Positions 51,774 through 63,743 of a stretch of 64,000 bases of DNA are shown in pieces (position 1 is the first letter of the stretch; each line of letters starts with the position of its first letter). Made by a program: the position numbers and the translations under genes. The DNA is taken from the NCBI GenBank assembly GCA_041937175.2, contig CP166615.1, positions 896,001 to 960,000 on the forward strand. The letters run 5' to 3'. This DNA is from Limnothrix sp. BL-A-16 (GTDB lineage Bacteria; Cyanobacteriota; Cyanobacteriia; CACIAM-69d). The notes below the pieces were generated by a model. It had not been told where the DNA came from, searched no databases, and saw nothing but the letters and a program-made list of their open reading frames with translations.

Positions 51774-52267
51774 TGAGTGATCCGGGCGATCGGGGACGAA
51801 TTTGGCTGGAGGGGCTGCTGGCGCGCTTGGGTTTGCCAACCCAGGTGCAGGCCGAGCACGACCCGATCGATCATGTGCTGAACTATTGGCTCACGATCGA
51901 CGCTTCGCCCTGGTCTCCGGAGCAAATCACCAGCGTGGTGGGTGAAGCGGGGGTGACCCTGGATGCGATGCAGTATTTGGCGAATATGCTGCTGAACGTG
52001 GGGGTCGATCGGGATGACCATTGTGGTTACACGATCGAACTCAACGGCTACCGGGCCCAGCAACGGGCCGAGCTGGAGTCGGTGGCGGCCAATGCGGTGT
52101 CGCAGGTTCGTGAAACGGGGGAGTCGGTGGCGATCGACTCACTCTCCTCATCCCAGCGCAAACAGCTCCACGCCATGCTCGCGGCCTACGAAGACATCGC
52201 CACCCACAGCGAAGGCCAAGAACCCCACCGCCGGTTGGTGGTGGCCCTGAAGTCAACCGAAGCCTAG
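51770..52267 (+). CDS. Jag/KhpB-like R3H RNA-binding protein
   Basis: [17 protein letters not shown] (R3H), [16 protein letters not shown] overlap with yidC. Confidence 0.88.
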   Translation: MMSDPGDRGRIWLEGLLARLGLPTQVQAEHDPIDHVLNYWLTIDASPWSPEQITSVVGEAGVTLDAMQYLANMLLNVGVDRDDHCGYTIELNGYRAQQRAELESVAANAVSQVRETGESVAIDSLSSSQRKQLHAMLAAYEDIATHSEGQEPHRRLVVALKSTEA

Positions 52268-52396
52268 CTTGACCCGCGCCGCCGGGCCTTGGGGGTTCGG
52301 CGGTTTGGGTCGGGCTGGCCATTCGGGAATGGCCAGTGGTTTGCTGCCATTCCCGATCGCACCCATCTTTACCCTCCCCGCTGCGGGGTTCCTACC

Positions 52397-52903
52397 GTGG
52401 ATTCGGTCTATATTCCCCACATCCTGAAGGCCACCAATCGAACGATCGGTTGGGAATTCAAGGATTTTCTGCCAGGCTTGGAAACCCTCACCCCCGTGCG
52501 CGGCAAGTTGCGTGTGGTTCACCGGGGCAATTTTCTGGAGGTGTCAGCCCAGGCGGAAGGAATTGTGACTCTCACTTGCGATCGCTGCCTTTGTCAATAC
52601 AATCAGCGGCTGGTGGTCGAGACCCAAGAGCCAATTTGGTTGGATGAGGCGGCGGAGTCCAAAGATTTACCCCTGGAACGGGAAATCAGCGCTGAGGATT
52701 TGCAAGAATCCTTGTCGCCAACGGGTTATTTTTATCCCGAAGATTGGCTCTATCAGCAATTTTGTCTTGAACTGCCCGCCCAGCAGCTCTGTAGCGAAGA
52801 CTGCCAAGGGATTCTGGAACCGGAAGACGCTGCGGAGGCCCAACCGGCGATCGATGCTCGCTGGTCTGCCCTGGCTTCCCTGAAGAACCAACTCGATCGC
52901 TAA
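52397..52903 (+). CDS. YceD/DUF177 family protein
   Basis: LTCDRCL, LCSEDCQG, IDARWSAL; GTG start at 52397. Confidence 0.9.
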   Translation: MDSVYIPHILKATNRTIGWEFKDFLPGLETLTPVRGKLRVVHRGNFLEVSAQAEGIVTLTCDRCLCQYNQRLVVETQEPIWLDEAAESKDLPLEREISAEDLQESLSPTGYFYPEDWLYQQFCLELPAQQLCSEDCQGILEPEDAAEAQPAIDARWSALASLKNQLDR

Positions 52904-52956
52904 GGCTCCACCGAAAGCCGGTTCTGTGCATGGCTGGCCGCCTTATGCCTAATGGC

Positions 52957-53619
52957 TTAACGGACTTGGCAACGGGGCGGCATTTCCATCAGCGTCAAGG
53001 GTTTCAGCGGCGGATGGCCCACCCACTGGCGCTGAATTTCGCAGTGATTTACCTGGATCGCTTGGTTCGATCGCCCCTGAGTATCCGCCTTGAGCTGAAT
53101 TTGATAATCCGAGGGCAAATTGCGGGCAAAGGGTTTGTTCACCAGCACCTGTGTCCAGCGCAGCGGCGTTAGCTCCGGGGGCGATCGATGCTCACCGATC
53201 ACCCAAGCCGTGTCTGTATTGCCGCTGGTGTAGATGCGGTACTGCTGGTTGAGATTGGGCGACACCAGCGCACCCGCCCAGGCTTGTAGCTCTGCGCCGT
53301 CGCGGGCAAACCGCCCATGCTCCTGATAAAACGCCTGCTGGGCCCGCACCACCGATCCCACCGTGGGCTGCAAGGGAGAACCACAGGCACAGGCCGGCGG
53401 CGAGGCCACCCACACCAGACCACCCGCCAGCACCGTGCTCACCACCAGAGCGCTGGTCAGCCAAGGGGAAACCCGCCAAGCGAAGAATGGGTGCTGGTGG
53501 CTGGGTGCTATGGGGCGATCGGGCGCGGGCTGTCCGTCGTTGGGTTGGTCGCCACGGCTTGCACCAAAATCCGTCTCAAAATCAGAACTTTGAAGATCAG
53601 AACTTTGATGCTGTTTCAT
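52957..53619 (-). CDS. Type IV pilin-like (G/H-type) protein
   Basis: Single TM followed by VGSVVRAQQAFYQEHGRFA, similar to the pilin G/H motif. Confidence 0.6.
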   Translation of the reverse strand: MKQHQSSDLQSSDFETDFGASRGDQPNDGQPAPDRPIAPSHQHPFFAWRVSPWLTSALVVSTVLAGGLVWVASPPACACGSPLQPTVGSVVRAQQAFYQEHGRFARDGAELQAWAGALVSPNLNQQYRIYTSGNTDTAWVIGEHRSPPELTPLRWTQVLVNKPFARNLPSDYQIQLKADTQGRSNQAIQVNHCEIQRQWVGHPPLKPLTLMEMPPRCQVR

Positions 53620-53684
53620 ACGGGTGCTTTTGAGGTGGTCTAAGGCGGCGGCAGGGTCATGCCAGCGGGCCGGCGGCGCATGAA

Positions 53685-54245
53685 CTAGCGCAACTTTTGC
53701 TTAATGAACGTCACAAGCTGGGTCAACTGCTTCTTCAGTTGATCCACTTCCGCTTGCAAGGTTGCCACTTTTTGCTCCAGAGCCTGGATTTCAGCGGCAG
53801 AAGCACCCGGAGCCGCCATGGGCGCAGCGGCCGGGGCAGCGGCCGGCGGTGGGGCCACGGCCGGAATCCGCGAAGCGATCCGCATGGCTTCTTTGATGGA
53901 CTCGATTAGCTCTTTCTTTTCAAAGGGCTTTTCGATGAAGGCAAATCGCTCGAAGGGTTCCGAAATTTTTTCGGTCACTTCTTCCTTGCGCCCCGACATC
54001 ACCAGCAGCGGAATCGCTTGCAGGTGGGGTTGGGTTTGAATTTCTTGATAGACTTCCCAGCCGCTCTTTTTGGGCAACAGGAAATCCAACATGATCAGGT
54101 TGGGATGTTCTTGCTGAATGAGCTGTAGCCCTTCGAGTCCGTCTTTGGCTTCGAGGACTTCAAAGTTTCCGGCTGGCAACATTTCTTTGACGCGCTGCCG
54201 AATCACTTTGCTGTCATCGATGACGAGGATTTTGTGTGTTGCCAC
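53685..54245 (-). CDS. Response regulator (REC + C-terminal coiled coil)
   Basis: ILVIDDS, IMLDFLLP, EKPF; P/A linker and heptad tail. Confidence 0.9.
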   Translation of the reverse strand: MATHKILVIDDSKVIRQRVKEMLPAGNFEVLEAKDGLEGLQLIQQEHPNLIMLDFLLPKKSGWEVYQEIQTQPHLQAIPLLVMSGRKEEVTEKISEPFERFAFIEKPFEKKELIESIKEAMRIASRIPAVAPPPAAAPAAAPMAAPGASAAEIQALEQKVATLQAEVDQLKKQLTQLVTFIKQKLR

Positions 54246-54798
54246 GACTTTCTCCTTAGGCTTGCGTGCAGACGAGTCGGGAGTGATAGGGGCGATCGCC
54301 CTTCAAGGGGGCGGCGCGTTGGATGAAAAGTTAGGAAGCGATCGCTTAAGACTGAATTCAGCCACCATCGGGGCCGAAAACAGGCTGGCAATGGGTATCC
54401 CTGCTTAAGATACGAGCGATCGGGACTCTCGGGTAGTATCCGGGGGAAAAATCTTTCCGAAAACTCCCGAAGACCGTTGCAAATCCTGGGGTTGAGTTCG
54501 CCAAAGATTTTCAGCAATATTTCCAGGTCACTGGATCGGCAGCTAAGCCCCTTGGGCCTCTGCGACTCCAGTATATGGCGATCGTCCCGAGGTTTGAAAA
54601 GCCCCACCGCTGGCGTGATGAGTTCCCCGATCGCGGCTGTGGCTTTTTCTGAGGCCGCCTACATGGGCGATCGCCCGGATAGTTGCCCCCCAAATTAGCC
54701 CAAACCCTCGCTCCGCCATCACCCAACCAATTGTCCCGCAATTCTTACGCCACAAATTTTTACGCCACAATAGGGGAAATTCATTTTCCAAAATCCAT

Positions 54799-55719
54799 TT
54801 GCCGCCTGTGTCGCCGTCCTCTTCTTCCAGTGCCGCCAGTTCCGCTGTGCCCGACGGGTTGCCTACCTGGCTGAAGCCCCGATTAGGCCGGGCCAGTGAG
54901 TTAGCCGAAGTGCAGCGCATTATCAAGCAGCGGCAAATTCACACCATTTGCGAGGAGGGCCGCTGCCCCAATCGGGGGGAATGCTATGCCAATCGAACCG
55001 CAACGTTTCTGTTGATGGGGCCCGTTTGTACCCGATCGTGCGGTTTTTGCCAGGTGGACAAGGGCCATGCGCCAATGCCGATCGACCCGGAGGAACCCCG
55101 CAAGGTGGCGGAGTCGGTGGCGCTGTTGGGGTTGCGCTATGTGGTGCTGACTTCGGTGGCGCGGGATGATTTGCCCGATGGGGGCGCAAGTGTATTTGCA
55201 CAGACGATCGCCGCCATTCGATCGCAATGCCCTGGCACGGACATTGAAGTGTTGACCCCGGATTTTTGGGGCGGCCAGCCTGACCCTCGGGCCAAGCAGC
55301 GATCGCGGGTGGAAGCGGTGGCGGCCTTGCGCCCCGCTTGCTATAACCACAACCTGGAAACGGTGGAGCGGCTGCAAGGCCCCGTGCGGCGTGGGGCCAA
55401 ATATCACCGATCGCTGGATGTGTTGCGCTGGGTGAAAGAACTGGATCCCACCATTCCCACCAAGTCCGGGCTGATGTTGGGCCATGGGGAAACGGAGGCG
55501 GAAATCTTGCAAGCCCTGCAAGATTTGCGATCGGTGCATTGCGATCGGCTGACCTTGGGCCAATACCTACGCCCGTCCCTAGACCATCTACCCGTCCAAA
55601 AATATTGGACACCGGCCGAATTTGACCGCCTGGGAAACCTGGCCCGTGAGCTGGGATTTACCCAGGTGCGATCGGGGCCCCTGGTACGCAGTTCCTACCA
55701 TGCGGGGGAGGCGGATTGA
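54799..55719 (+). CDS. lipA: Lipoyl synthase
   Basis: [12 protein letters not shown], radical-[12 protein letters not shown]-terminal RSSY; start uncertain. Confidence 0.96.
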   Translation: MPPVSPSSSSSAASSAVPDGLPTWLKPRLGRASELAEVQRIIKQRQIHTICEEGRCPNRGECYANRTATFLLMGPVCTRSCGFCQVDKGHAPMPIDPEEPRKVAESVALLGLRYVVLTSVARDDLPDGGASVFAQTIAAIRSQCPGTDIEVLTPDFWGGQPDPRAKQRSRVEAVAALRPACYNHNLETVERLQGPVRRGAKYHRSLDVLRWVKELDPTIPTKSGLMLGHGETEAEILQALQDLRSVHCDRLTLGQYLRPSLDHLPVQKYWTPAEFDRLGNLARELGFTQVRSGPLVRSSYHAGEAD

Positions 55720-55773
55720 GCTGAAGGATTGCCCAAATAATCGCCCATGGGTCGATCTCGCCTGATCACTCCC

Positions 55774-56310
55774 TTACAGGCTCAAGGGGCGATCGCCGTC
55801 GGTGAAATAGACCCGATCGACCGGCCAAAGTCGATTGCGCGTGAGGGTCGCCTGCAAACTGCCAAACAGGGTTAACTGTTCGCAACTGGATAGGGATTGA
55901 AACTTGCGGCGGCCATCGGGATTCAGGCGCAGGTCAATGGTGACCGATCGCTTGGCCGTGTCCAAGCTGATGCGATAGTGGCGCAGGTCAAAGGCCGGAT
56001 CGGGTTTATCGCCAGTGGCTTCAATCAACAGCCGCCCCACGGCCGCTTCCAAGGGGCGATCGCGCGGGACTTTCACGGACTGGGCCACCAAGCCTTTGCA
56101 AGCACCGTCCGGTTTATATAGATCCACCGAAACCGTATCGGGCAGTGGATCCGAATCAATTGCCGCCGCCTGGGCGGAAGGGTCGCCGGTCAAATTACAG
56201 CCCGCCAACCCCGGCACAGCCGCCAGGGCCAGCAGCGCCAAGACCAGAGCAGCACGGCGAGGGGTTGCGGGTCGCGAAGACTGAGGAAACCTGGGGCGAT
56301 CGAGCATCAT
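55774..56310 (-). CDS. GerMN-like (sporulation/spore germination domain) lipoprotein
   Basis: Lipobox LAGC; SLSSCEQLTLFGSLQATL motif. Confidence 0.72.
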   Translation of the reverse strand: MMLDRPRFPQSSRPATPRRAALVLALLALAAVPGLAGCNLTGDPSAQAAAIDSDPLPDTVSVDLYKPDGACKGLVAQSVKVPRDRPLEAAVGRLLIEATGDKPDPAFDLRHYRISLDTAKRSVTIDLRLNPDGRRKFQSLSSCEQLTLFGSLQATLTRNRLWPVDRVYFTDGDRPLSL

Positions 56311-56739
56311 GGCGAAAATTCCAACGAGGAGTAGTGCTGAAGGGGTGCTGAAAGGAAGGTGACTCAATCTTGCCGGTTTGGGTCAGCCAGCGTCCCCGAA
56401 CTGGAAAGCTTTCTGAATTGGGTCTGAATGGAGTCTGAATTGGGGCCAGATCCATGATTGGTCGGGGACTGGGCGGCAGGGGGTCGGGGGCTGAATGGGG
56501 TGTTTAAAATCTAGTGCTGATTGGGCGCTGAATCGATGTTTGCTTGGGTGCTTGGTCGTTGATTGGCCGGTGCTTGATCGGTTCTTCAAAGGCGCGATCG
56601 CCCAATCCGTATAAACCGCCTTGTAAACCATGGATTCGGCCCCTGATTCGATCGCCGGGGCAAATCCCCTCCACCAGCGCACCCGTTTGCGCTGCATTTG
56701 CGCTTCAATGGATTGCTGGCCCGCATTTCCCCTCGCCCC

Positions 56740-57735
56740 ATGACCACTGCAAGCTGGACCCACCGCCACGTCTTATCGTTGGCGGAGTTCTCGCGCGAAG
56801 ACTACGACACCGTGTTGACCACCGCCGCTAGTTTTCGCGAGGTGTTGTCCCGTCGCACTAAAAAAGTGCCCACCCTTCAGGGGCAAGTGGTCACCAACCT
56901 GTTTTTTGAACCCTCGACCCGCACCCGCAGCAGTTTTGAGCTGGCGGCCAAGCGCCTGTCAGCGGATATTCTCAACTTTGCGCCGGGATCATCTTCGCTC
57001 ACCAAGGGGGAAACGATCCTAGACACAGCCAAAACCTATTTGGCCATGGGGACGGACATTATGGTGATTCGGCACCAGCAGGCCGGTGTGCCCCAGTCGA
57101 TCGCGGCGGAGATGGATCGGCTGCAGTCCGGGGTGAGTGTGCTGAATGCGGGGGATGGTCAACACGAACACCCTTCCCAGGGATTGTTGGATCTGTTCTC
57201 CATCTGCCAGGTGTTGAATCCCCAAAAACCGTCGATCGGGGACTTGCGGGGTAAAAAGGTGGCGATCGTGGGCGATATTTTGCACTCACGGGTGGCCCGA
57301 TCGAACCTGTGGAGTCTGACGGCTGCGGGGGCGGAAGTCCATTTGGCCGGGCCGCCAACCCTGTTGCCTCGGGAATTTGCCCAATTTTTGCCGCCAACGG
57401 CCGATCGATCGCCCCTCCAAATCCATTGGCAACTGGAGCCGGCCTTGGCCGATGCAGATTTTGTGATGACCCTGCGGTTGCAACAGGAACGGATGAGCCA
57501 ACACCTGTTGCCCAGCTTGCGGGAATATCACCAACGCTATGGCATCACGCGCGATCGACTGCGGCTCTGTCAGCCCCAAGTGCGGGTGTTGCACCCGGGC
57601 CCCACGAATCGCGGCGTGGAGTTGGCTTCCGATGTGATGGATGACCCGGCCCTGAGCTTGGTTCCGGATCAGGTGACCAGCGGCATTGCGGTGCGCATGG
57701 CGTTGCTTTACCTGATTGGGGGCGGCAAGGGCTAA
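56740..57735 (+). CDS. pyrB: Aspartate carbamoyltransferase catalytic subunit
   Basis: [28 protein letters not shown]. Confidence 0.97.
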   Translation: MTTASWTHRHVLSLAEFSREDYDTVLTTAASFREVLSRRTKKVPTLQGQVVTNLFFEPSTRTRSSFELAAKRLSADILNFAPGSSSLTKGETILDTAKTYLAMGTDIMVIRHQQAGVPQSIAAEMDRLQSGVSVLNAGDGQHEHPSQGLLDLFSICQVLNPQKPSIGDLRGKKVAIVGDILHSRVARSNLWSLTAAGAEVHLAGPPTLLPREFAQFLPPTADRSPLQIHWQLEPALADADFVMTLRLQQERMSQHLLPSLREYHQRYGITRDRLRLCQPQVRVLHPGPTNRGVELASDVMDDPALSLVPDQVTSGIAVRMALLYLIGGGKG

Positions 57736-57793
57736 CTTGTTAACTCATTCTCCAGTCAAGCATCCGGGGGCAATTGCGCCACCGTTTAACAAA

Positions 57794-58777
57794 ATGCCGG
57801 TTTATTGGTTTTGGGGTGAGGATGACTTTGCGATGCAGCGGGCGATCGACCCGTTGCGATCGCGCGTGGATGCGGCTTGGGAAAGTTTTAATTTTGAAAA
57901 AATCCCGCCCGATCGCGAGGATGGCCTGTTGGTGGCCCTGGCCCAGGCGGTGACTCCTCCCTTTGGGGCGGGCGATCGGCTGGTGTGGCTGGCGGAAACG
58001 GTCTTGGCCCAACGCTGTCCCGATGATTGGTTGCGGGAGTTGGAACGCACCCTGCCCCAAATTCCCGACAATGCCATTTTGCTGCTCACCTCCCGCCCAA
58101 AGCCCGATGGCCGCCTCAAGTCCACCAAATTGCTCCAAAAGGCCAAAAACACCGAAATTCAGGAATTTTCCCCGATTCCTCCTTGGAAAACCGAGGAGTT
58201 GTTGCAACAGGTGAAACGAGCTGCCCAAGCGATGAAGGTGAAAATTAAGCCCGAAGCGGCGGAGTTGTTGGTGAACGCGGTGGGCAACAACACGCGCCAA
58301 CTCTACAGCGAGCTGGAAAAGCTGCAATTATTTGTGGGCGATCGCCCGATCGGTACGGAAGACATCAATCGCCTGGTTTCCGTTTCCACCCAAAGCAGTT
58401 TGGAGCTGGCGAAGGCCATGTCTTTGGGGCAAATTTCCCAATCGTTGAAGCTGATTGCGGATTTGATTGCCCGGAATGAAAATCCCTTACGGATTCATGC
58501 TTCTTTGGTCACTCAGTTTCGACTGTGGCTGTGGGTGAAGCTGATGCTCGATCGGGGCGAGCGGGATGATTTGGTGATTGCCAAGGCGGCGGATTTGGGG
58601 AACCCCAAGCGACTATTTTTCATTAAGAAAGAAGTGCAACCCATGGGACTCAAAGCACTCCAAAAAAGCCTCCAGCTTCTCTTGGAGCAAGAAACCCTCC
58701 TGAAGCGGGGCAGCGACCCGATCGAAACGCTGCAATCTAAGGCGATTGAACTCTGTTTGCTGTTCCAAAAAAACTAA
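57794..58777 (+). CDS. holA: DNA polymerase III delta subunit
   Basis: MPVYWFWGEDDF, TPPFGAG, KPDGRLKSTK, ELEKL. Confidence 0.93.
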   Translation: MPVYWFWGEDDFAMQRAIDPLRSRVDAAWESFNFEKIPPDREDGLLVALAQAVTPPFGAGDRLVWLAETVLAQRCPDDWLRELERTLPQIPDNAILLLTSRPKPDGRLKSTKLLQKAKNTEIQEFSPIPPWKTEELLQQVKRAAQAMKVKIKPEAAELLVNAVGNNTRQLYSELEKLQLFVGDRPIGTEDINRLVSVSTQSSLELAKAMSLGQISQSLKLIADLIARNENPLRIHASLVTQFRLWLWVKLMLDRGERDDLVIAKAADLGNPKRLFFIKKEVQPMGLKALQKSLQLLLEQETLLKRGSDPIETLQSKAIELCLLFQKN

Positions 58778-59001
58778 GCAGCAGAATCATTGTCTTCCAA
58801 AAAGTAATGGCTCAAGCAGGATCAAAATCTCAAAGAATAATCGACAAATGGTCGGCCAACGGATCGGCTAATTGATTAAATCCTTGCTGATTTTAGCTTC
58901 AAACTCCAAGAAATTTGCGACAATAGGCATAGGACAAAAAATCAGACAAAGATTAATTGCCTCCCGATTTGCAGCACCAAAATTTCAAGCAGGGAATACC
59001 A

Positions 59002-60075
59002 GTGGCTCCACCCCCCATCCGAGTGCTGTTGGTTGAAGATTCCGAAATTGCCATCCGACTCCTGCGGCGGGCGATCGAGAGTAATGGTGCGCTGCAAGTG
59101 GTGGGCACGGCCCGCACGGGACTGGAAGGGTTGGAACTCCTGAAAGCCACCGATCCCGATGTGATTTGCACGGATTTGCACATGCCGCGCATGAATGGGC
59201 TGGACTTTACCCGCGAGGTGATGGGGCGATCGCCCCGGCCCATTTTGGTGATCAGCAACTCCGTTCGTGAAAACGATCAACGCACGGTGTTTGAGTTGCT
59301 GGAGGCGGGGGCAGTGGATGTGTTTCCCAAGCCGGTGATGAGTTCGCCGGAGCAATATACCCAAGTGGCGACCCAGTTGATTGCCAAAATTCGAGTGCTG
59401 GCGGGGGTGAAGGTTTTCAAGCTGCGGCGATCGCCATCCTCCTCGCCGTCACCCGCGATCGCGCTGCCGTCGGCGCTGGTGCAAGGGCCGGTGACCGAAC
59501 GGGCGATCGGGGCGATCGGCGCTTCCACGGGCGGCCCCCAGGCCCTGCGGGAGATTTTGAGCCAATTACCGCCGCGTTTTCCCCTGCCGCTGGTTTGCGT
59601 GCAACATATCAGCACGGGCTTCTTGCGGGGGTTGCTGGATTGGCTCAGCCTCAATTGCGCGCTGTCGATTCAAATTGCCCAGACGGGCCAAACTCCCCAG
59701 CCGGGCGTGATTTACTTTCCGCCGGAAGGTCACCAGTTGGAGTTTGATCCGCAAGGGCGGTTCGTTACCTTTCGCACGGAACCGGTGGATGGCCATTGCC
59801 CCTCGGTGACGGCCACCTTTCGCTCCATGGCTCGGGTCTTTGGCAAGCGGGCGATCGGGATTTTACTGACGGGCATGGGCAACGATGGCGCAAGGGGCCT
59901 GTTGGAACTGTCCCAAGCGGGCGGCTGGACGATCGCCCAGGATGAAACTAGCTCTGTGGTGTTTGGAATGCCCCGAACGGCGATCGAGCTGGGCGCGGCC
60001 AAACAGGTGCTCCCCCTCAGCTCGATCGCCCTGCATTTGGTGGAACGCAGCGGCAGCCTGGCCCGCTCTGGCTGA
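59002..60075 (+). CDS. cheB: Chemotaxis response regulator protein-glutamate methylesterase
   Basis: REC LLVEDS...CTDLHMP; catalytic [23 protein letters not shown]. Confidence 0.94.
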   Translation: MAPPPIRVLLVEDSEIAIRLLRRAIESNGALQVVGTARTGLEGLELLKATDPDVICTDLHMPRMNGLDFTREVMGRSPRPILVISNSVRENDQRTVFELLEAGAVDVFPKPVMSSPEQYTQVATQLIAKIRVLAGVKVFKLRRSPSSSPSPAIALPSALVQGPVTERAIGAIGASTGGPQALREILSQLPPRFPLPLVCVQHISTGFLRGLLDWLSLNCALSIQIAQTGQTPQPGVIYFPPEGHQLEFDPQGRFVTFRTEPVDGHCPSVTATFRSMARVFGKRAIGILLTGMGNDGARGLLELSQAGGWTIAQDETSSVVFGMPRTAIELGAAKQVLPLSSIALHLVERSGSLARSG

Positions 60076-60161
60076 TTCCCCCCGCAGGCCCTCGCGTCCG
60101 GGAACCCGATAGGCCACAATGGAGAGCGCATCATCCATCGGTTCGATCGGGTTCTCCTGCC

Positions 60162-63100
60162 ATGTCTTTTGTTGGTCTCCACATCCACAGCGATTACAGC
60201 CTGCTCGATGGGGCGAGTCAACTGCCCGCTTTGATCGATCGGGCCATGGAACTGGGAATGCCCGCGATCGCCCTGACGGATCACGGAGTGATGTATGGGG
60301 CGATCGAACTGCTGAAAGTTTGTCGCGGCAAACCCATTCGCCCCATTATTGGCAACGAAATGTATGTCATCAATGGCAGCCTTGATGACAAACGAAAATT
60401 ACCGAAATATCACCAAGTTGTCCTGGCGAAAAATAAGCAGGGCTATAAAAATCTCGTCAAACTAACTACCGTTTCTAACCTGCAAGGGGTGCGTGGAAAA
60501 GGCATTTTTGCCCGTCCTTGTATTAATAAAGAATTACTAGAAACCCATCATGACGGCCTAATTGTTACCAGTGCTTGCTTAGGTGGCGAGATTCCCCAAG
60601 CCATCTTGGCCGGGCGCTTTGACGTGGTGGAACGGGTTGCCCAATGGTACAAAGAAATTTTTGCCGATGATTTTTATCTGGAATTGCAAGATCACGGCTC
60701 CCAGGAAGATCGGGTGGTGAATGTGGCGCTGGTTCGGCTCGCTCGCCAGTTCGATATTCAACTGATTGCCACCAACGATTCCCACTTCATTTCCTGCTTT
60801 GATGTGGAAGCCCATGATGCATTGCTTTGCATCCAGACCGGCAAACTAATTACAGAAAATAAACGACTGCGCTACAGCGGTACGGAATATCTGAAATCGG
60901 CCGAAGAAATGGCTCAATTGTTTCGCGATCACCTCACCGATGATGTGATTCAAGAGGCCATTAGCAACACTCTGAAGGTGTCCGAAAAAATCGAAGATTA
61001 CGACATTTTGGGCCAACCCCGGATTCCCGACTTTCCAGTTCCCCCGGGTCACACGGCCGATACCTATGTGGAAGAAGTGGCTTGGCAAGGTCTTTGTGAT
61101 CGCTTGGGTTTGGCCTCTCGACAGGAATTAATCGATCGTCATCCTGAGTACACAGAGCGCCAAACCTACGAACTAAACATGCTGCAACGCATGGGCTTTT
61201 CGGCCTATTTCCTTGTGGTTTGGGACTACATCAAATTTGCTCGCGATCACAACATTCCCGTGGGCCCCGGTCGGGGCAGTGCCGCCGGTTCCCTCGTCGC
61301 CTATAGTCTCGGAATTACCAATATTGATCCAGTACACCATGGCTTGCTGTTTGAGCGATTCTTGAACCCAGAACGGAAATCCATGCCAGACGTGGATACG
61401 GATTTCTGCATTGAAAAACGGGATCAAGTAATTGATTACGTCACCCAAAAATATGGAACCGATCGGGTGGCGCAAATTATCACCTTCAACCGGATGACCT
61501 CCAAAGCCGTGTTGAAGGATGTGGCACGGGTGCTGGATATTCCCTACGGGGAAGCCGATCGAATGGCCAAAATGATTCCCGTTTCGCGGGGCAAGCCAGC
61601 CAAGTTAAAAGTGATGGTTTCTAACGAAACACCCGCCCCCGAATTTAAGGAAAAATATGATAAAGATGAGCAGGTTCCCGGCGCGTTACCGGGGGTGACC
61701 TATCGCCGCTGGCTCGATATGGCTATGCGGATTGAAGGTACTAACAAAACCTTTGGGGTTCATGCGGCCGGCGTGGTCATTTCCGCCGATCCCCTCGATG
61801 AAATTGTGCCCTTACAACGCAACAATGATGGCTCGGTGATCACTCAATATTACATGGAAGATATTGAGGCCGTTGGATTGCTGAAGATGGACTTTTTGGG
61901 TTTGAAAAACCTAACCATGATCCAAAAAACCATTGATTTGATTGAGCGCACCAGTGGCAAAACCATTGATATTGATAGTGTGCCGGAAGATGATCCCAAT
62001 GCTTACAAACTGCTTGCTAGTGGTGATTTGGAAGGGATCTTTCAGTTGGAATCTTCCGGAATGCGCCAGGTGGTGCGTGATTTGAAGCCGTCTAATTTGG
62101 CTGATATTTCTTCAATTTTGGCGCTCTATCGGCCAGGGCCCCTTGATGCCGGTCTGATTCCACAGTTTATTAACCGGAAGCATGGTCGAGAGGCGATCGC
62201 CTATGACCACGAAATGTTGGAACCGATTTTGAACGAAACCTACGGGGTTTTGGTGTTCCAAGAACAGATCATGAAAGTCGCCCAAGAGTTGGGGGGCTAT
62301 ACCTTGGGTGAAGCGGATCTGCTGCGGCGGGCCATGGGGAAAAAGAAAAAGGAGGAAATGGAAAAACACCAAAGCATTTTTGTTGATGGGGCCGCACGCA
62401 ATGGCATTAAGAGCAAAATTGCCGAAAGTTTGTTTGAGCAGATGGTGAAGTTTGCGGAATATTGCTTTAACAAATCCCACTCGGCAGCCTATGGCTATGT
62501 GACCTACCAAACGGCTTATTTGAAAGCCAATTATCCCGTTGAATATATGGCGGCGTTGTTGACTTCCAACAGCGACGATCGGGATAAGGTGCAAATGTAC
62601 ATTGCCAGTTGTTTGCGCCTGGGCATTGACGTGGAGCCGCCGGATATTAATCGATCGGATGTGGATTTCACACCGCTCAAGGATGCGTCTGGAAAACGGG
62701 GCAAAATTCTGTTTGGCTTAGGTGCAGTTCGGAACTTGGGCTTAGGGGCGATCGAGTGTTTGTTGCAGGCGCGATCGGAAGGTGGACTCTTTCAATCTTT
62801 GGCCGATTTGTGCGATCGAATTGACTTGCGATCGGTCAACCGACGGGCCTTGGAAGCATTGGTGCAGTGCGGTGCATTGGACTGTTTGCAAGCCAATCGC
62901 CGTCAATCAATGGCTGATTTGGAGTTAATTATCGATTGGGCCCATAGCCGGGCAAAGGATCGGGCCAGTGGCCAGGGTAATCTGTTTGATTTGGCTATGG
63001 GAGTGGAATCTTCAAATCATGCCAAAACACCGGAGAATGTGTTGGATTTGGCTCCCAAAGCGCAACCGATGGATGATTATCCCAAACAAGAACGGTTGAA

Positions 63101-63728
63101 TTTGGAGAAGGAATTACTCGGATTTTATATTTCCGATCATCCCCTGAAGGATATTCAAAAACCCTCTCGATTGTTGGCTCCCATGAACCTGTCAGAACTG
63201 GGTGAGCGACCCGATGACAAGGCCACGGTGAGCGCCATTGTGATGTTGAATTCCGTGAAACCGGTGGTGACCAAAAAGGGCGATCGAATGGCCATTGTGC
63301 AAATTGAAGATCTGACGGCTCAGGCGGAGGCGATTGTGTTTCCCCGGGCCTATGAGCGAATTCACCCACTGATTCAGCCTGATCGACAGTTGATGATTTG
63401 GGGCAAGATCGATCGCCGTGATGATCAACCCCAATTCATCATTGAAGATGCGGAACCCATTGATCAAATTCAACTGTTAACGATCGAAATTTCTGCTGAT
63501 TTAGCGGGCAACATTGAACAACAACACCAGTTACGAACCTTGCTGCTGAATTGGGCGGGGGATGATGCCAAAACGCCCGTGATTGCCATTGTGCGCGGAG
63601 AGGACGGCCGCCGTGAATTGGTGCGGTTTGGCCCCCAATTCCGGGTACGCGATCCGGGAGCCGTCACCCACGCGCTTTCCAACGCGGGATTTGCTGCCCG
63701 ATCGATGGCCTTGGTTAGTGCATCCTAG
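60162..63728 (+). CDS. dnaE: DNA polymerase III alpha subunit, full length, no intein
   Basis: [44 protein letters not shown]-terminal OB fold; 1188 aa in one frame. Confidence 0.97.
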   Translation: MSFVGLHIHSDYSLLDGASQLPALIDRAMELGMPAIALTDHGVMYGAIELLKVCRGKPIRPIIGNEMYVINGSLDDKRKLPKYHQVVLAKNKQGYKNLVKLTTVSNLQGVRGKGIFARPCINKELLETHHDGLIVTSACLGGEIPQAILAGRFDVVERVAQWYKEIFADDFYLELQDHGSQEDRVVNVALVRLARQFDIQLIATNDSHFISCFDVEAHDALLCIQTGKLITENKRLRYSGTEYLKSAEEMAQLFRDHLTDDVIQEAISNTLKVSEKIEDYDILGQPRIPDFPVPPGHTADTYVEEVAWQGLCDRLGLASRQELIDRHPEYTERQTYELNMLQRMGFSAYFLVVWDYIKFARDHNIPVGPGRGSAAGSLVAYSLGITNIDPVHHGLLFERFLNPERKSMPDVDTDFCIEKRDQVIDYVTQKYGTDRVAQIITFNRMTSKAVLKDVARVLDIPYGEADRMAKMIPVSRGKPAKLKVMVSNETPAPEFKEKYDKDEQVPGALPGVTYRRWLDMAMRIEGTNKTFGVHAAGVVISADPLDEIVPLQRNNDGSVITQYYMEDIEAVGLLKMDFLGLKNLTMIQKTIDLIERTSGKTIDIDSVPEDDPNAYKLLASGDLEGIFQLESSGMRQVVRDLKPSNLADISSILALYRPGPLDAGLIPQFINRKHGREAIAYDHEMLEPILNETYGVLVFQEQIMKVAQELGGYTLGEADLLRRAMGKKKKEEMEKHQSIFVDGAARNGIKSKIAESLFEQMVKFAEYCFNKSHSAAYGYVTYQTAYLKANYPVEYMAALLTSNSDDRDKVQMYIASCLRLGIDVEPPDINRSDVDFTPLKDASGKRGKILFGLGAVRNLGLGAIECLLQARSEGGLFQSLADLCDRIDLRSVNRRALEALVQCGALDCLQANRRQSMADLELIIDWAHSRAKDRASGQGNLFDLAMGVESSNHAKTPENVLDLAPKAQPMDDYPKQERLNLEKELLGFYISDHPLKDIQKPSRLLAPMNLSELGERPDDKATVSAIVMLNSVKPVVTKKGDRMAIVQIEDLTAQAEAIVFPRAYERIHPLIQPDRQLMIWGKIDRRDDQPQFIIEDAEPIDQIQLLTIEISADLAGNIEQQHQLRTLLLNWAGDDAKTPVIAIVRGEDGRRELVRFGPQFRVRDPGAVTHALSNAGFAARSMALVSAS

Positions 63729-63743
63729 GGTTGAGAGGGATCT

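Noticed and set aside
58992..58999. GGGAATAC before cheB as a SigJ-type promoter motif
   Set aside because: It lies only 2 nt from the likely start codon, so it is better explained as an RBS region or chance.
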